DNA of 64,000 bases from Candidatus Micrarchaeota archaeon. GTDB lineage: Archaea > Micrarchaeota > Micrarchaeia > Micrarchaeales > Micrarchaeaceae. Numbering within the stretch: the stretch's first letter is position 1; each line of letters starts with the position of its first letter. The notes beneath the pieces were generated by a model. That model did no database searches, was not told the DNA's origin, and saw nothing but the letters and a program-made list of their open reading frames with translations. The translations under genes were made by a program, and so were the position numbers. Where the stretch lies: the NCBI GenBank assembly GCA_021811605.1, contig JAJZNR010000024.1, positions 37,751 through 101,750 of the forward strand, read 5' to 3'. Of this stretch, positions 34,721 to 43,421 are shown piece after piece.

Positions 34721-36010
34721 ATGTTGAAGGATGTACTGGTTGTGGGAGGGAGGGCAAGGGAGCACGCCCTCCAATGGAAGCTCTCCGGGGACACCGAGGT
34801 CGGGAGAGTGTACTGCGCTCCAGGGAATGGTGGCACGCAGCATAACGTACCGATAAGCGAAACTGACATCGAAGGGCTGGCGAGGTTCGCAAAGGAAAAC
34901 AATCTGTTCACCGTGGTTGGTCCAGAGCTCCCAATTGCTATGGGAATAGCAAACCACTTCTGGGCGGAAGGTCTCGGCATCTGCGCTCCGACAAGAGAGG
35001 CCGCCCGTTTGGAGACGAGCAAGGCGTGGTGCAAGGAGTTTCTTGCAGGAAGAGGTATACCTACCCCTCAGTTCAAGGTTTTCGACGACCCGGAAATGGC
35101 AAAGGAGCATGTGCGTTCTGTAGATTACAAAGTGGTCGTCAAGGCGGACGGCTTATGCGAGGGCAAAGGCGTAATCGTGTGCGACAGCGCGGCCGAAGCC
35201 GAGGAAGCCATAGAGCGGCTTATGGTCAGGAGGGAGTTCGGCGATGCGGGGGCGAAAGTGGTGATCGAGAAGCGGCTTTACGGGGAAGAGAGGTCGTTCA
35301 TGGCAATCTCTGACGGTACTCGTATAGAGGCGTTCGCGTCCAGCCGCGACTACAAGAAGCTGCAGGACAACGACGAGGGACCGAACACAGGAGGAATGGG
35401 CGCGTATTCACCGGCTCCCGCAGGTCCGGAGACCGAGAGGCAGATGTACGATATAGCCTGGAAGATAGTCACGGGAATGAGGGACGAGGGCTTCCCGTTC
35501 GTCGGCTTCATCTATGTAGGCTTCATGATTGTAGGCGGCAAGCCGCAGGTCCTGGAGATAAATTCAAGGCTTGGGGACCCGGAAACCGAAACGCTTGTCA
35601 GGAGAATGGATTCCCCTCTGTTCCCATACATAGAGGCGGCGGCACACTCAAGCCTGGATGAGACAGTAAGGCGCAGGGGTGCGATAAGATGGAAGAACTG
35701 GTCTGCCGTCACTGTCGTGCTGGCATCGAAGGGATACCCAGACAGGGATTACGCCAGGGGCGAGGCTGTGACGTTCAGGCCGATGGATGGGATGGCATAC
35801 ATCTTCCACGCTGGGACAAAAAAGGTAGGCGGCGGTATAGTCACCGACGGCGGGAGGAACTTCGCCGTCACGGCGCTAGGCAGGGACCTGGAGTACGCTG
35901 CGTATAACGCATACGAGGCCGTGGAATCGATAAGATATCCAAGCAAAATCCTGAGGAGGGATATCGCAAGGAACGTGACTCCTGCCGAAGCCCTGCAGAG
36001 CAAAGCTTAA
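34721..36010 (+). CDS. purD: phosphoribosylamine-glycine ligase
   Basis: 'VLVVGGRAREHALQWKL', 'YCAPGNGGT', the ATP-grasp block 'VVVKADGLCEGKGVIV', 'NTGGMGAYSP' and 'LEINSRLGDPE'. I chose the start at Met11. Confidence 0.92.
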   Translation: MLKDVLVVGGRAREHALQWKLSGDTEVGRVYCAPGNGGTQHNVPISETDIEGLARFAKENNLFTVVGPELPIAMGIANHFWAEGLGICAPTREAARLETSKAWCKEFLAGRGIPTPQFKVFDDPEMAKEHVRSVDYKVVVKADGLCEGKGVIVCDSAAEAEEAIERLMVRREFGDAGAKVVIEKRLYGEERSFMAISDGTRIEAFASSRDYKKLQDNDEGPNTGGMGAYSPAPAGPETERQMYDIAWKIVTGMRDEGFPFVGFIYVGFMIVGGKPQVLEINSRLGDPETETLVRRMDSPLFPYIEAAAHSSLDETVRRRGAIRWKNWSAVTVVLASKGYPDRDYARGEAVTFRPMDGMAYIFHAGTKKVGGGIVTDGGRNFAVTALGRDLEYAAYNAYEAVESIRYPSKILRRDIARNVTPAEALQSKA

Positions 36011-36037
36011 TTAACTTCCTTGAACTGATGGTGTGAT

Positions 36038-36715
36038 ATGATGGGCGTAGCGAAGTACATGATAAGGGGCAGTGACTACGTGGGCGTCTACGCCACCGCC
36101 ACTGACGAATACGTTTTCCTGGGCTCTACACTGAAGGAGAACACGAAACAGCTGTTCGCTGAGAACCTCGGCGCGAAGCCTGTAGAGCTTACGGTGTTCG
36201 GCACAGAGCTGGTTGGATTGTTTTCGAGGGCAAACAGCAACGGGATGATACTATCGAACATGGTGGAGGAGCATGAACTTGAGCACCTGAGGCGGCAGAA
36301 GCTTGGCATCAACATAGATACGATAAGCTCTGGTCTCAACGCCATAGGCAACAACATCCTGGTAAACGACAAGGTGGCGATAATCAACAAGGATTACGTC
36401 CCTGAGGATGCAAAGCGGATAGCGGATACCTTCGGCGTAGAGGTGGTGAAAGCCGAGATAGGAGGGTTTAAAACCACAGGCGCCACTAATATACTGACGA
36501 ACAAGGGCTTCGTAATCAACAACCGCGCATCCGATGAGGAGAAGGAGAGGTTCGACAGCCTCACCAAGTTCGATTCGATAAGGACCACAGCCAACACCGG
36601 CTCGCTGAGTATCGGCTTGTCAGTTGTGGCAAACTCGAAAGGAGCGGTGATGGGGGACAGCACATCCGGGTACGAGATGGCGAGGATCATGGAGGCGCTC
36701 GGGCTTAATGACTAA
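36038..36715 (+). CDS. eif6: translation initiation factor 6 (aIF6)
   Basis: A pentein-repeat pattern with 'VGVYATATDEYVFLGS', 'ELVGLFSRANSNGMIL', 'NAIGNNILVNDKVAII', 'TTGATNILTNKGFVIN' and 'SIGLSVVANSKGAVMG'. Confidence 0.92.
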   Translation: MMGVAKYMIRGSDYVGVYATATDEYVFLGSTLKENTKQLFAENLGAKPVELTVFGTELVGLFSRANSNGMILSNMVEEHELEHLRRQKLGINIDTISSGLNAIGNNILVNDKVAIINKDYVPEDAKRIADTFGVEVVKAEIGGFKTTGATNILTNKGFVINNRASDEEKERFDSLTKFDSIRTTANTGSLSIGLSVVANSKGAVMGDSTSGYEMARIMEALGLND

Positions 36716-36749
36716 TGAATAACTATCGATCAACACAGAAGGTAATCGC

Positions 36750-36929
36750 ATGGCAAAGTACATAGTGGAAGGGATAACGAGGCGCGGAGGAGAGAGGAAG
36801 TTTCACATAGAGGTCGAGGCGAACAGCGACAAGCACGCCAGGGAGATGGCCGTGGTGCAGCTCGGGGCCAAGACTGCAGCCAGGAAGGGCGAGATAAGCA
36901 TAACCGCAGTCAAGCAGCAAGGCAAGTGA
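36750..36929 (+). CDS. rplX: 50S ribosomal protein LX (L18Ae/eL20 family), 59 aa, absent from the supplied ORF track
   Basis: My own translation is MAKYIVEGITRRGGERKFHIEVEANSDKHAREMAVVQLGAKTAARKGEISITAVKQQGK. The size, the basic/beta pattern and the position between aIF6 and prefoldin alpha match the conserved archaeal aIF6-LX-PfdA-FtsY order. Confidence 0.7.
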   Translation: MAKYIVEGITRRGGERKFHIEVEANSDKHAREMAVVQLGAKTAARKGEISITAVKQQGK

Positions 36930-36933
36930 TAGA

Positions 36934-37392
36934 ATGGCTAGCCCAAACCCTACAAGACCGCCTTCTTCGCAGCCGCCGAAGCAGCCGTCGGCGCAGCAGC
37001 CGACTCTGCAGGAGCTCCAGTACGTACACCAGCTCTACCAGAGCCAGTACCAGCTCCTCAACCAGGAGATGAACAACAAACTGGAGGGCCTGCGCCAGAT
37101 AGCCGAGGCGCAGAAGGCGCTCGAAAACGCCAACGAATTCAAGGACAAGAACACCCTGATACACGTAGGCGCTGCAGTATACATGCACGGCAAGCTGGAG
37201 AATCTAGAAAAGATACTGGTCGCGGTCGGCTCCGGTTACCTGATAGAGAAGGACATAGATGCAGCAAAGCTGCACATCTCGAAGCTGCTCGACAAGGAGA
37301 GCAAAGCGCTCGACAAGATGGCGAAGAGCAAGAGGGAACTCGAGTCCGCGATGATAGAGATATCGTACAGGATTGAGGAGCTGTCACGTTGA
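36934..37392 (+). CDS. pfdA: prefoldin alpha subunit
   Basis: Two coiled-coil arms flank the beta-hairpin block 'NTLIHVGAAVYMHGKLENLEKILVAVGSGYLIEKDIDAA'. Synteny is conserved. Confidence 0.85.
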   Translation: MASPNPTRPPSSQPPKQPSAQQPTLQELQYVHQLYQSQYQLLNQEMNNKLEGLRQIAEAQKALENANEFKDKNTLIHVGAAVYMHGKLENLEKILVAVGSGYLIEKDIDAAKLHISKLLDKESKALDKMAKSKRELESAMIEISYRIEELSR

Positions 37393-37402
37393 TGGTAATA
37401 CA

Positions 37403-37933
37403 ATGGCGACACCGCAGGAGAGGAGAAGGCCGGCATGGCAATCTACAAGAGTCGTCGTAGATGTAGAGCCTAATATCAGGGCAGCCGAAGTGTCCGGCTT
37501 CATATGCAAAAGAGGATTCTCTGCAGGCAACGATAAGAGTATCATAGCCGGGACAGCCGATTTCCCAAGTTCTTATCCACCTAGCATGCACAGTTACATT
37601 GGAATATACGATCCATCGGAAATGCTCGAATTCCGAATAGGTTTGCTCAGGAGAGAGACAGTGAGGCACCCAAGGCAGATTGCAGGCCTGTACTTTGGCG
37701 GAGAGGGTAGAAATGAGGAGTGGACACTCCATGTATTCGCTTCGGAAAAATTTGATGCAATGAGGAGTTTAGCCGCACAAATGACCGGGGCGTTTGGAAT
37801 TACAATAAAATTACGATACAGCCCTATAAGGAAATCGGTCAGGTACGCATTCCCCTTCGTAATACCAGAGGCTGACGATCCACATGCTTCAGCCATGATA
37901 AGCCGCCACGGGGGCAACGTCATCGGCGATTGA
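37403..37933 (+). CDS. hypothetical protein
   Basis: 176-aa ORF (I chose ATG 37403) lying between pfdA and a Nudix gene. No motif recognised. Confidence 0.4.
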   Translation: MATPQERRRPAWQSTRVVVDVEPNIRAAEVSGFICKRGFSAGNDKSIIAGTADFPSSYPPSMHSYIGIYDPSEMLEFRIGLLRRETVRHPRQIAGLYFGGEGRNEEWTLHVFASEKFDAMRSLAAQMTGAFGITIKLRYSPIRKSVRYAFPFVIPEADDPHASAMISRHGGNVIGD

Positions 37934-38413
37934 ATGCCTGCTCGTCAAGAAAAATCGGCAGCACATCCTGGACCATTCCGTCCTTATTCCGCCACATACC
38001 TGATCCTCATTAAGAACCGCAGGGTATTGCTTCTCAGGCGGGCTAACACGGGTTGGAGAGACGGATCGTACAGCCTGGTTGCCGGACATATCGACGAGAA
38101 CGAGACAGCGAGGCAGGCGATGGTGCGGGAAGCACAGGAGGAGGTGGGGATAACCATCAAGGAGGAAGACCTGAGGTTTGCGCACCTGATGCACAGAGGA
38201 CCTGGCAAGGACGGAAAAGGGAGAACATATTACGACATATACTTCACAACTGAAAAGTGGAAGGGCGAGCCAAAAAATCTTGAACCTGGTTACTGCGATG
38301 ACCTGAATTGGGCTGACGTGGACAGGCTTCCGAAGAACACAGTATCGAACGTGATAATGGCACTCGGTCTTGTGAAGAAAGGATTATACTACAGCGAATC
38401 GGAATGGGCGTGA
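37934..38413 (+). CDS. Nudix hydrolase
   Basis: Canonical Nudix box 'GHIDENETARQAMVREAQEEVGI'. Confidence 0.8.
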   Translation: MPARQEKSAAHPGPFRPYSATYLILIKNRRVLLLRRANTGWRDGSYSLVAGHIDENETARQAMVREAQEEVGITIKEEDLRFAHLMHRGPGKDGKGRTYYDIYFTTEKWKGEPKNLEPGYCDDLNWADVDRLPKNTVSNVIMALGLVKKGLYYSESEWA

Positions 38414-38416
38414 AGC

Positions 38417-39622
38417 ATGTTCGAAGGACTTAGAAAGAAGCTTTCTGAAGCGGTAAAGGGATTCGTAAAGAAGGAAGAGAAGGAGATTGAGGAGCGTGCG
38501 GTGGAAGAGCCTGCGGCTGCGATACCTGCTCAGGAACCTCCAAAACCACAGCCTGCTCCGGCTGTCGCACCGATCCCTGAAGAAATCCCTCAAGATATGC
38601 AGCACAAGGAGGCGCAGGAAGAGGTTTCCAAGCCGGCGATGGTGGAAAAACCACCCGAGAAGAGGAGGATTATTGCTCCCAAACCCGCAGAGAAGCCAAA
38701 AGAGGAGAAACCGATCAAGCTTTCGCTTACTACAAAACTCAAGAGCGTGTTCGTCAGCACCGTAACGCTCAACAGCAACGAGATAGAAGACTTCCTTGAG
38801 GGCATCAACGTATCCATGCTGGAATCAGACGTATCCTATGAAACCGCAGACGCTTTCATCACCGATTTGAGGGAGAAGCTGCAGACCACGAAGATGGACG
38901 CGAAGAACATCCAGAGTGCGCTCGTCCAGCAGGTGCGGGCATCGATGTTCGACATCCTTGCAAAGAGCGGCAGCGGAGTCGACATCTACAAGTATATCAA
39001 CGAAAGGAAGGCGGCGCAGAACCTTCCTGTAAAGATACTTTTCCTTGGACCTAACGGAACAGGCAAGACTACAACGATGGCGAAGATCGCCCACCACCTT
39101 AAGAAGAACGGGATAAGCAGCGTCCTTTCGGCGAGCGACACCTTCCGCGCTGCTGCGATAGAGCAGACAGAACACCACGCCAACAAGGTGGGCGTGCCTG
39201 TAATAAAGAGCGGGTATGGCGCAGACCCTGCGAGCATAGCCTTCGACGCGATAGCATATGCGAAGGCGCACCAGATTGCGGCGGTGCTCATCGACACCGC
39301 GGGAAGGCAGGAGACCAACAAGAACCTCATAGCCGAGATGCAGAAGATGGTGCGGGTCGCACAGCCAGACATAACCGTGTTTGTCGGAGAGAGCACGGCA
39401 GGAAACCAGCTGTCAGAGCAGATAAAGGAGTTCGCCAAGTTCATGAAGATTGACGGCATAGTGCTCACGAAACTGGACTGCGACGCAAAGGGCGGCAATG
39501 CGATATCGATAGCATACAGCACAGGCATCCCCATTCTTTTCATAGGCACCGGAGAGTCCTACGACGCGCTGATGCAGTACACTCCCGAGTTCATCGTGAA
39601 CTCTATACTGCCGAATAGCTAA
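38417..39622 (+). CDS. ftsY: signal recognition particle receptor FtsY
   Basis: An acidic/Pro-rich N-terminal domain is followed by the NG domain with 'ILFLGPNGTGKTTTMAKIA', 'DTAGRQ', 'TKLDCDAKGG' and 'FIGTGE'. Confidence 0.93.
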   Translation: MFEGLRKKLSEAVKGFVKKEEKEIEERAVEEPAAAIPAQEPPKPQPAPAVAPIPEEIPQDMQHKEAQEEVSKPAMVEKPPEKRRIIAPKPAEKPKEEKPIKLSLTTKLKSVFVSTVTLNSNEIEDFLEGINVSMLESDVSYETADAFITDLREKLQTTKMDAKNIQSALVQQVRASMFDILAKSGSGVDIYKYINERKAAQNLPVKILFLGPNGTGKTTTMAKIAHHLKKNGISSVLSASDTFRAAAIEQTEHHANKVGVPVIKSGYGADPASIAFDAIAYAKAHQIAAVLIDTAGRQETNKNLIAEMQKMVRVAQPDITVFVGESTAGNQLSEQIKEFAKFMKIDGIVLTKLDCDAKGGNAISIAYSTGIPILFIGTGESYDALMQYTPEFIVNSILPNS

Positions 39623-39676
39623 CTAGCGTGCTATTCTCATTTCCATAGAACAAAGTCTTATGAGCTACGCTAACAA

Positions 39677-40718
39677 GTATCTTAGGCCGTTGAATTTTAT
39701 ATCAGTATCGTCTAATCACTTTTTTCTAATTTCTGATGCATCACTCCCACAATACCAATTCACGAGTATTTTATCACATACGCCAACAGACAGGCGTAGA
39801 TGTGGGCCACTACTTTTTCTATCCAACATATCTGTTCTTCGTAAATCCGAATACCTATTTTAGTCTAGAGACGATTCTTTCTATCGCCCATCTCTTCCCA
39901 TATCCCAGATCTTTTGGTATTTTTGATTTATAGTGCCCCTTCCATTTACTGCAATCACTGGTTTTACGTTGTCATGATAAGTTCCTGGTATATGTCTATT
40001 GAATCATATGCCGCATCTGCGAGAAATTTTGCTGTGTAATTTATAGTGAATCTTCTTTTCACAGCGTCATATAATTCATGGAAGAACTTCTTGTCGTTTC
40101 TGTTTTCAGGTGCGATTGAAAAGTACAATGGAAGTTATGTTTCTGCATCCGCGATCAATGTATTTTGTACCCTAATACGAACTCCTTCACAGCGCTTTTC
40201 TTCGTAAATTGTTCTTTTTTCGACCATGTTCTGTGCCCGAACCGCGCATCCGTATCCTTTTGCGAATGTGCTGATACATCACTGCTGTCCTGCGCCATCA
40301 ATCTGACTTGTTTTCATTTCATAGTCTGATCAATAACAAATTCATAAGTCTCCGGCATGATTTCATTCACATCTTTCCGCACCTTTAAAAAGATTGTGAA
40401 GTTGAAGCCCTTTCTATATCCCAAAATCTTTCCTATCGCATCATCTGAAAGAAATTCTGCAAGTTCTCTATCTGGTATCCCATTCTTGATCTGTTTACGA
40501 TTAATGCAACAATGTATTTGGCATATTTCCTCGTATGCCCATGTCCCTGTACCACAATTCTGGCGGCAGCCGGAACCACATGTATTTTATATTTTAGGTC
40601 GTTTATACCCATAAAAGTCTACTTGGACGCAGGGGATTTACGTCGAAGAGAAAAGAGAACCTGCGTTCTAGGTCTTACAGGAACGAAAGTATTTTAAGAA
40701 GCCAACAGCCTAAGTATC
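39677..40718 (-). mobile_element. degenerate IS element (IS4/IS5-type DDE transposase relic); boundaries tentative
   Basis: This AT-rich 1.1-kb stretch has no long ORF. A candidate imperfect terminal inverted repeat pairs GTATCTTAGGCCGTTGAATTT (39677-39697) with the reverse complement of 40698-40718, GATACTTAGGCTGTTGGCTTC. That is 15/21 matches with the core CTTAGGC(C/T)GTTG. No target-site duplication is evident. Confidence 0.45.
39712..40612 (-). pseudogene. DDE transposase pseudogene (multiple in-frame stops and at least one frameshift)
   Basis: My minus-strand translation gives '..GIPDRELAEFLSDDAIGKILGYRKGFNFTIFLKVRKDVNEIMPETYEFVIDQ..'. A second segment reads '..TFAKGYGCAVRAQNMVEKRT..VQNTLIADAET*LPLYFSIAPENRNDKKFFHELYDAVKRRFTINYTAKFLADAAYDSIDITRNLS*QRKTSDCSKWKGHYKSKIPKDLGYGKRWAIERIVSRLK*VFGFTKNRYVG*KKVVAHIYACLLAYVIKY'. 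The ADAAYDS and RWAIER blocks are typical DDE_Tnp_1 motifs. Confidence 0.7.
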
Positions 40719-40722
40719 CCGT

Positions 40723-41496
40723 ATGGCGCGTTCTGACGAAATAAGTGCAAGAAGGACTTACGACAAAATAGCGGAGCGTTATCACAACGCAAGAGCGAAT
40801 AAAGTACTGTTTTTCAACGAATTCCTCGAAATGCCGGCTACTTTATCGTTGCTTCCAAAATTAAAAGGCAAGAAAGTATTAGACATTGGATGCGGCTCTG
40901 GCATTTATGCCACAAAACTAAAACAAAAGGGGGCACGCGTGTGCGGTGTAGACATATCTCCCAGGATGATTTCAATCGCAAAACAGGAAGTTAGTGGTGT
41001 GGATTTCAAGGTCGGGAGCGTATACAAATTGCCCTATCTTAACAAGAGCTTTGATATTGCAGTTGCGCCTCTCGTAATCGATTACGTTACCGATATAGAC
41101 AGAGCACTGTACGAAGTGAACCGTGTTCTGCGTGACAATGGGTCACTCATCTTCTCGCTGCCGAATCCGGTAACACAATCCACAGAACGGCTGCACAAGG
41201 GCAGGGTGGCTGAAACTTCAAGGGTATTCCACGACTATTTCAAGGAAGGAATGAGGAAGCAGTTATGGAATTATGATAGAAAATCACTTGGGCGAAAACG
41301 TGTATCCGTTTCAACGATGCATATTACTTACCAGACCCTGATACAATCTATCTTAAGAAACGGATTTGTAATCGAGGACTATATCGACGTTTACCCTATT
41401 TCAGCAGGGAAGAAGTCGGATCCAAAGGCCTATGCGCTTACATCAAAGGTTCCGTGGTTTTGTGCATTCAGGGTTAGGAAGACAAACGACCGTTAA
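40723..41496 (+). CDS. class I SAM-dependent methyltransferase
   Basis: SAM-binding motif I is 'KVLDIGCGSGIYATKL', the post-I acidic residue is in 'VCGVDISPRM', and motif II/III is 'FDIAVAPLVIDYV'. The DNA is low in GC (23/60 G+C at 40861-40920). Confidence 0.8.
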   Translation: MARSDEISARRTYDKIAERYHNARANKVLFFNEFLEMPATLSLLPKLKGKKVLDIGCGSGIYATKLKQKGARVCGVDISPRMISIAKQEVSGVDFKVGSVYKLPYLNKSFDIAVAPLVIDYVTDIDRALYEVNRVLRDNGSLIFSLPNPVTQSTERLHKGRVAETSRVFHDYFKEGMRKQLWNYDRKSLGRKRVSVSTMHITYQTLIQSILRNGFVIEDYIDVYPISAGKKSDPKAYALTSKVPWFCAFRVRKTNDR

Positions 41497-42042
41497 CTAG
41501 GGCACTTGCACCCGAACTGTGATACCGTTGGAAAATACAAAACACTCTCCATCGTGCTCCACTATGCCTATTGCGATTACCCCGCGCAACAAAGATCCAT
41601 ACTGCGCCGCTCTAAACCGCCCCCCAAAGTTCTCATTTATGGCAAGGTTTTTCACTATCTGTGGCGAAAAGTACTGTGAAACATGCGTCATCCTTCCTGT
41701 GTCATCGAAGAATATGAAGCCATCATGAAGTTTGTTATCCGAGCCACTTATACGAAGGAGCTCCTCAATGCACCCTTTAGTACCAAGCGATATGTCTTCT
41801 GGACAGGATGCCGAAGGTCTTAAATCTGAATGGTTTTCGTCAGAAAGCGAGCCACGCCTATATACGAGTATTCCAATTCCACTGAATCTCGAGTCCCGCA
41901 TTGTAGCTATCCCTTTCAGCGTGTGTTCGAGCTGCTCTACCAGTTGACCATCTGATTTTGGTGAAATGGGAGCCGTAGCTGCAATCCCAATAGCAGCGAT
42001 TGCGGGTGTTGTCCTTACATTATGCATAGCGCTAACCATCAA
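41497..42042 (-). CDS. DAC (DisA_N / diadenylate cyclase)-like domain protein with substituted catalytic motifs
   Basis: Four blocks are collinear with the DisA_N pattern. 'SGIGILVYRR' corresponds to GALIVIER. 'ELLRISGSDNKLHDGFIFF' corresponds to ..PLHDGAVII. 'FGGRFRAAQYGS' corresponds to LGTRHRAALGLS. 'AIGIVEHDGECFVFSNG' corresponds to VIVVSEETGxISLAxxG. HDG-to-RxR spacing is about 35 aa. DGA is replaced by DGF and RHR by RFR. Confidence 0.45.
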   Translation of the reverse strand: MMVSAMHNVRTTPAIAAIGIAATAPISPKSDGQLVEQLEHTLKGIATMRDSRFSGIGILVYRRGSLSDENHSDLRPSASCPEDISLGTKGCIEELLRISGSDNKLHDGFIFFDDTGRMTHVSQYFSPQIVKNLAINENFGGRFRAAQYGSLLRGVIAIGIVEHDGECFVFSNGITVRVQVP

Positions 42043-42046
42043 ACCA

Positions 42047-43306
42047 TCATATTCTCTGCTCGTTCAGCTCCTTTCCGTCGTACGTGAAATACCACAGCGA
42101 TCTGTAGTTCTGCCAGGTTTCTGGTCTTAATCCCGTGCCCCTGAATGCGTCCTCAACTATCTTCCTTGCGTCTAAGTAGTACTTCAAGTTTACAGCTTCC
42201 GGAGTCCTGATGCCCTTCTGCTCCTCCCAGTGCGGCTGGAATATCTGTATCATCGGGAACCTTGTGACCTCGCCTGCAAACCTCTCCATGCCTTCAGCGA
42301 TGTCCTTGAGCGGATCAAGACCGACTATGTATGTGAAGCCTCCCTCGATGCCCATGTCCTTTGTCTTTCTTAGCAAATCCACCGCACCATCTAACGTCAG
42401 AGCAGCCTTCTCCGGCCTCATTATCTTGTTTCTCCTCGTAAATGCCTCCAATGTCAAGGCGAAATATGGCCTGTCAACCTCTTCTCGGACTTTCTTCAAT
42501 GCGGCTTCGGAGCGTATCTCTCCGCCTATATACAGCAGTGTGCCCTTGAATCCATGCGCCTTGAAGTACCTATTCACCATTAGGAGGTCTGCGAGTGCGG
42601 CCTCCTCGCTGCCAAAACAACCGGTTACCAGAGTCAACTGGTGCAGGTTCGAAAAGCTATTTGCACTAGGTGTCATGGTCGGCCTATGGAAGTGCGGCCT
42701 CACTGCGGCTAGCTCCTCAGATGTCCCAAATAGCCTACTCACATAAGCCTCAAGCTGTTCGGGAGTTTTTATCTGATCCTGGTCCGTGGCTACCTGTCTA
42801 AGTGTTGCACAGAATGCACATCCGGAGCAGGTGCTTCTAGAATTAGTGTTAAGTACAAGGACAGTGTCGTTCCTTCTGAAGTATGAAGTGTCGCAAGTAT
42901 CGTTTTCAAAGTCTATAACAGCAGCAAACTCCTTACCGTTAAAGTAGAGCTTTTTCTCCGTACTTGAACCGTGAAATGGGGTGTTCGTCTTGAGGACTGG
43001 TATGCCTAAGTAGAATATATCATCAGGTCGGCTCGACAGTGCTATTTTGAACCGGACTCTCCTCAACGGAAGGTCGGTCGTCATGGCGCTTGCATTAAGT
43101 GCAATAAGCTCCACATCTTCGCGCATAATCCCATATTCTTTTGACAGCGCTTCAATGTTGTCAATCTCTCGTAGAACTGGCAGCTTTGTACCAACCTGTG
43201 CAGAATCTGCTGGCACCTCTCTTGCTTGTGATACGGGTTGCTTTTCTCCTCTTCGGACGGAAGTCACACTTGTCGTAACTCCACTACGTTCCCTCCCTAC
43301 GGGCAT
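42047..43306 (-). CDS. radical-SAM-like TIM-barrel enzyme (BioB/ThiH/CofH-like pattern) with non-canonical CX2CX2C triad and a 130-aa N-terminal extension
   Basis: 'VLVLNTNSRSTCSGCAFCAT' has Cys160/163/166, encoded at 42809-42829. Later blocks 'LTLVTGCFG', 'LLYIGGE', 'LTLEAFTRRNKIMRPEKA' and 'GIEGGFTYIVGLDP' resemble the radical-SAM core order. Only 4 nt separate it from the downstream DAC-like gene. Confidence 0.55.
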   Translation of the reverse strand: MPVGRERSGVTTSVTSVRRGEKQPVSQAREVPADSAQVGTKLPVLREIDNIEALSKEYGIMREDVELIALNASAMTTDLPLRRVRFKIALSSRPDDIFYLGIPVLKTNTPFHGSSTEKKLYFNGKEFAAVIDFENDTCDTSYFRRNDTVLVLNTNSRSTCSGCAFCATLRQVATDQDQIKTPEQLEAYVSRLFGTSEELAAVRPHFHRPTMTPSANSFSNLHQLTLVTGCFGSEEAALADLLMVNRYFKAHGFKGTLLYIGGEIRSEAALKKVREEVDRPYFALTLEAFTRRNKIMRPEKAALTLDGAVDLLRKTKDMGIEGGFTYIVGLDPLKDIAEGMERFAGEVTRFPMIQIFQPHWEEQKGIRTPEAVNLKYYLDARKIVEDAFRGTGLRPETWQNYRSLWYFTYDGKELNEQRI

Positions 43307-43421
43307 AAAATCTCCACGATAGGTTCCTATTCGTTATATTATTTAAACTTTACTTCACCTACGTTCAATGTACTTTTTGATTTCAACCATGCAAAATCCC
43401 TATCAGAAACGGTCGATTTTC

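Noticed and set aside
34046-35110. 354-aa minus-strand ORF across L39e, L31e and the start of purD
   Set aside because: It is antisense to three well-supported genes and has no motifs.
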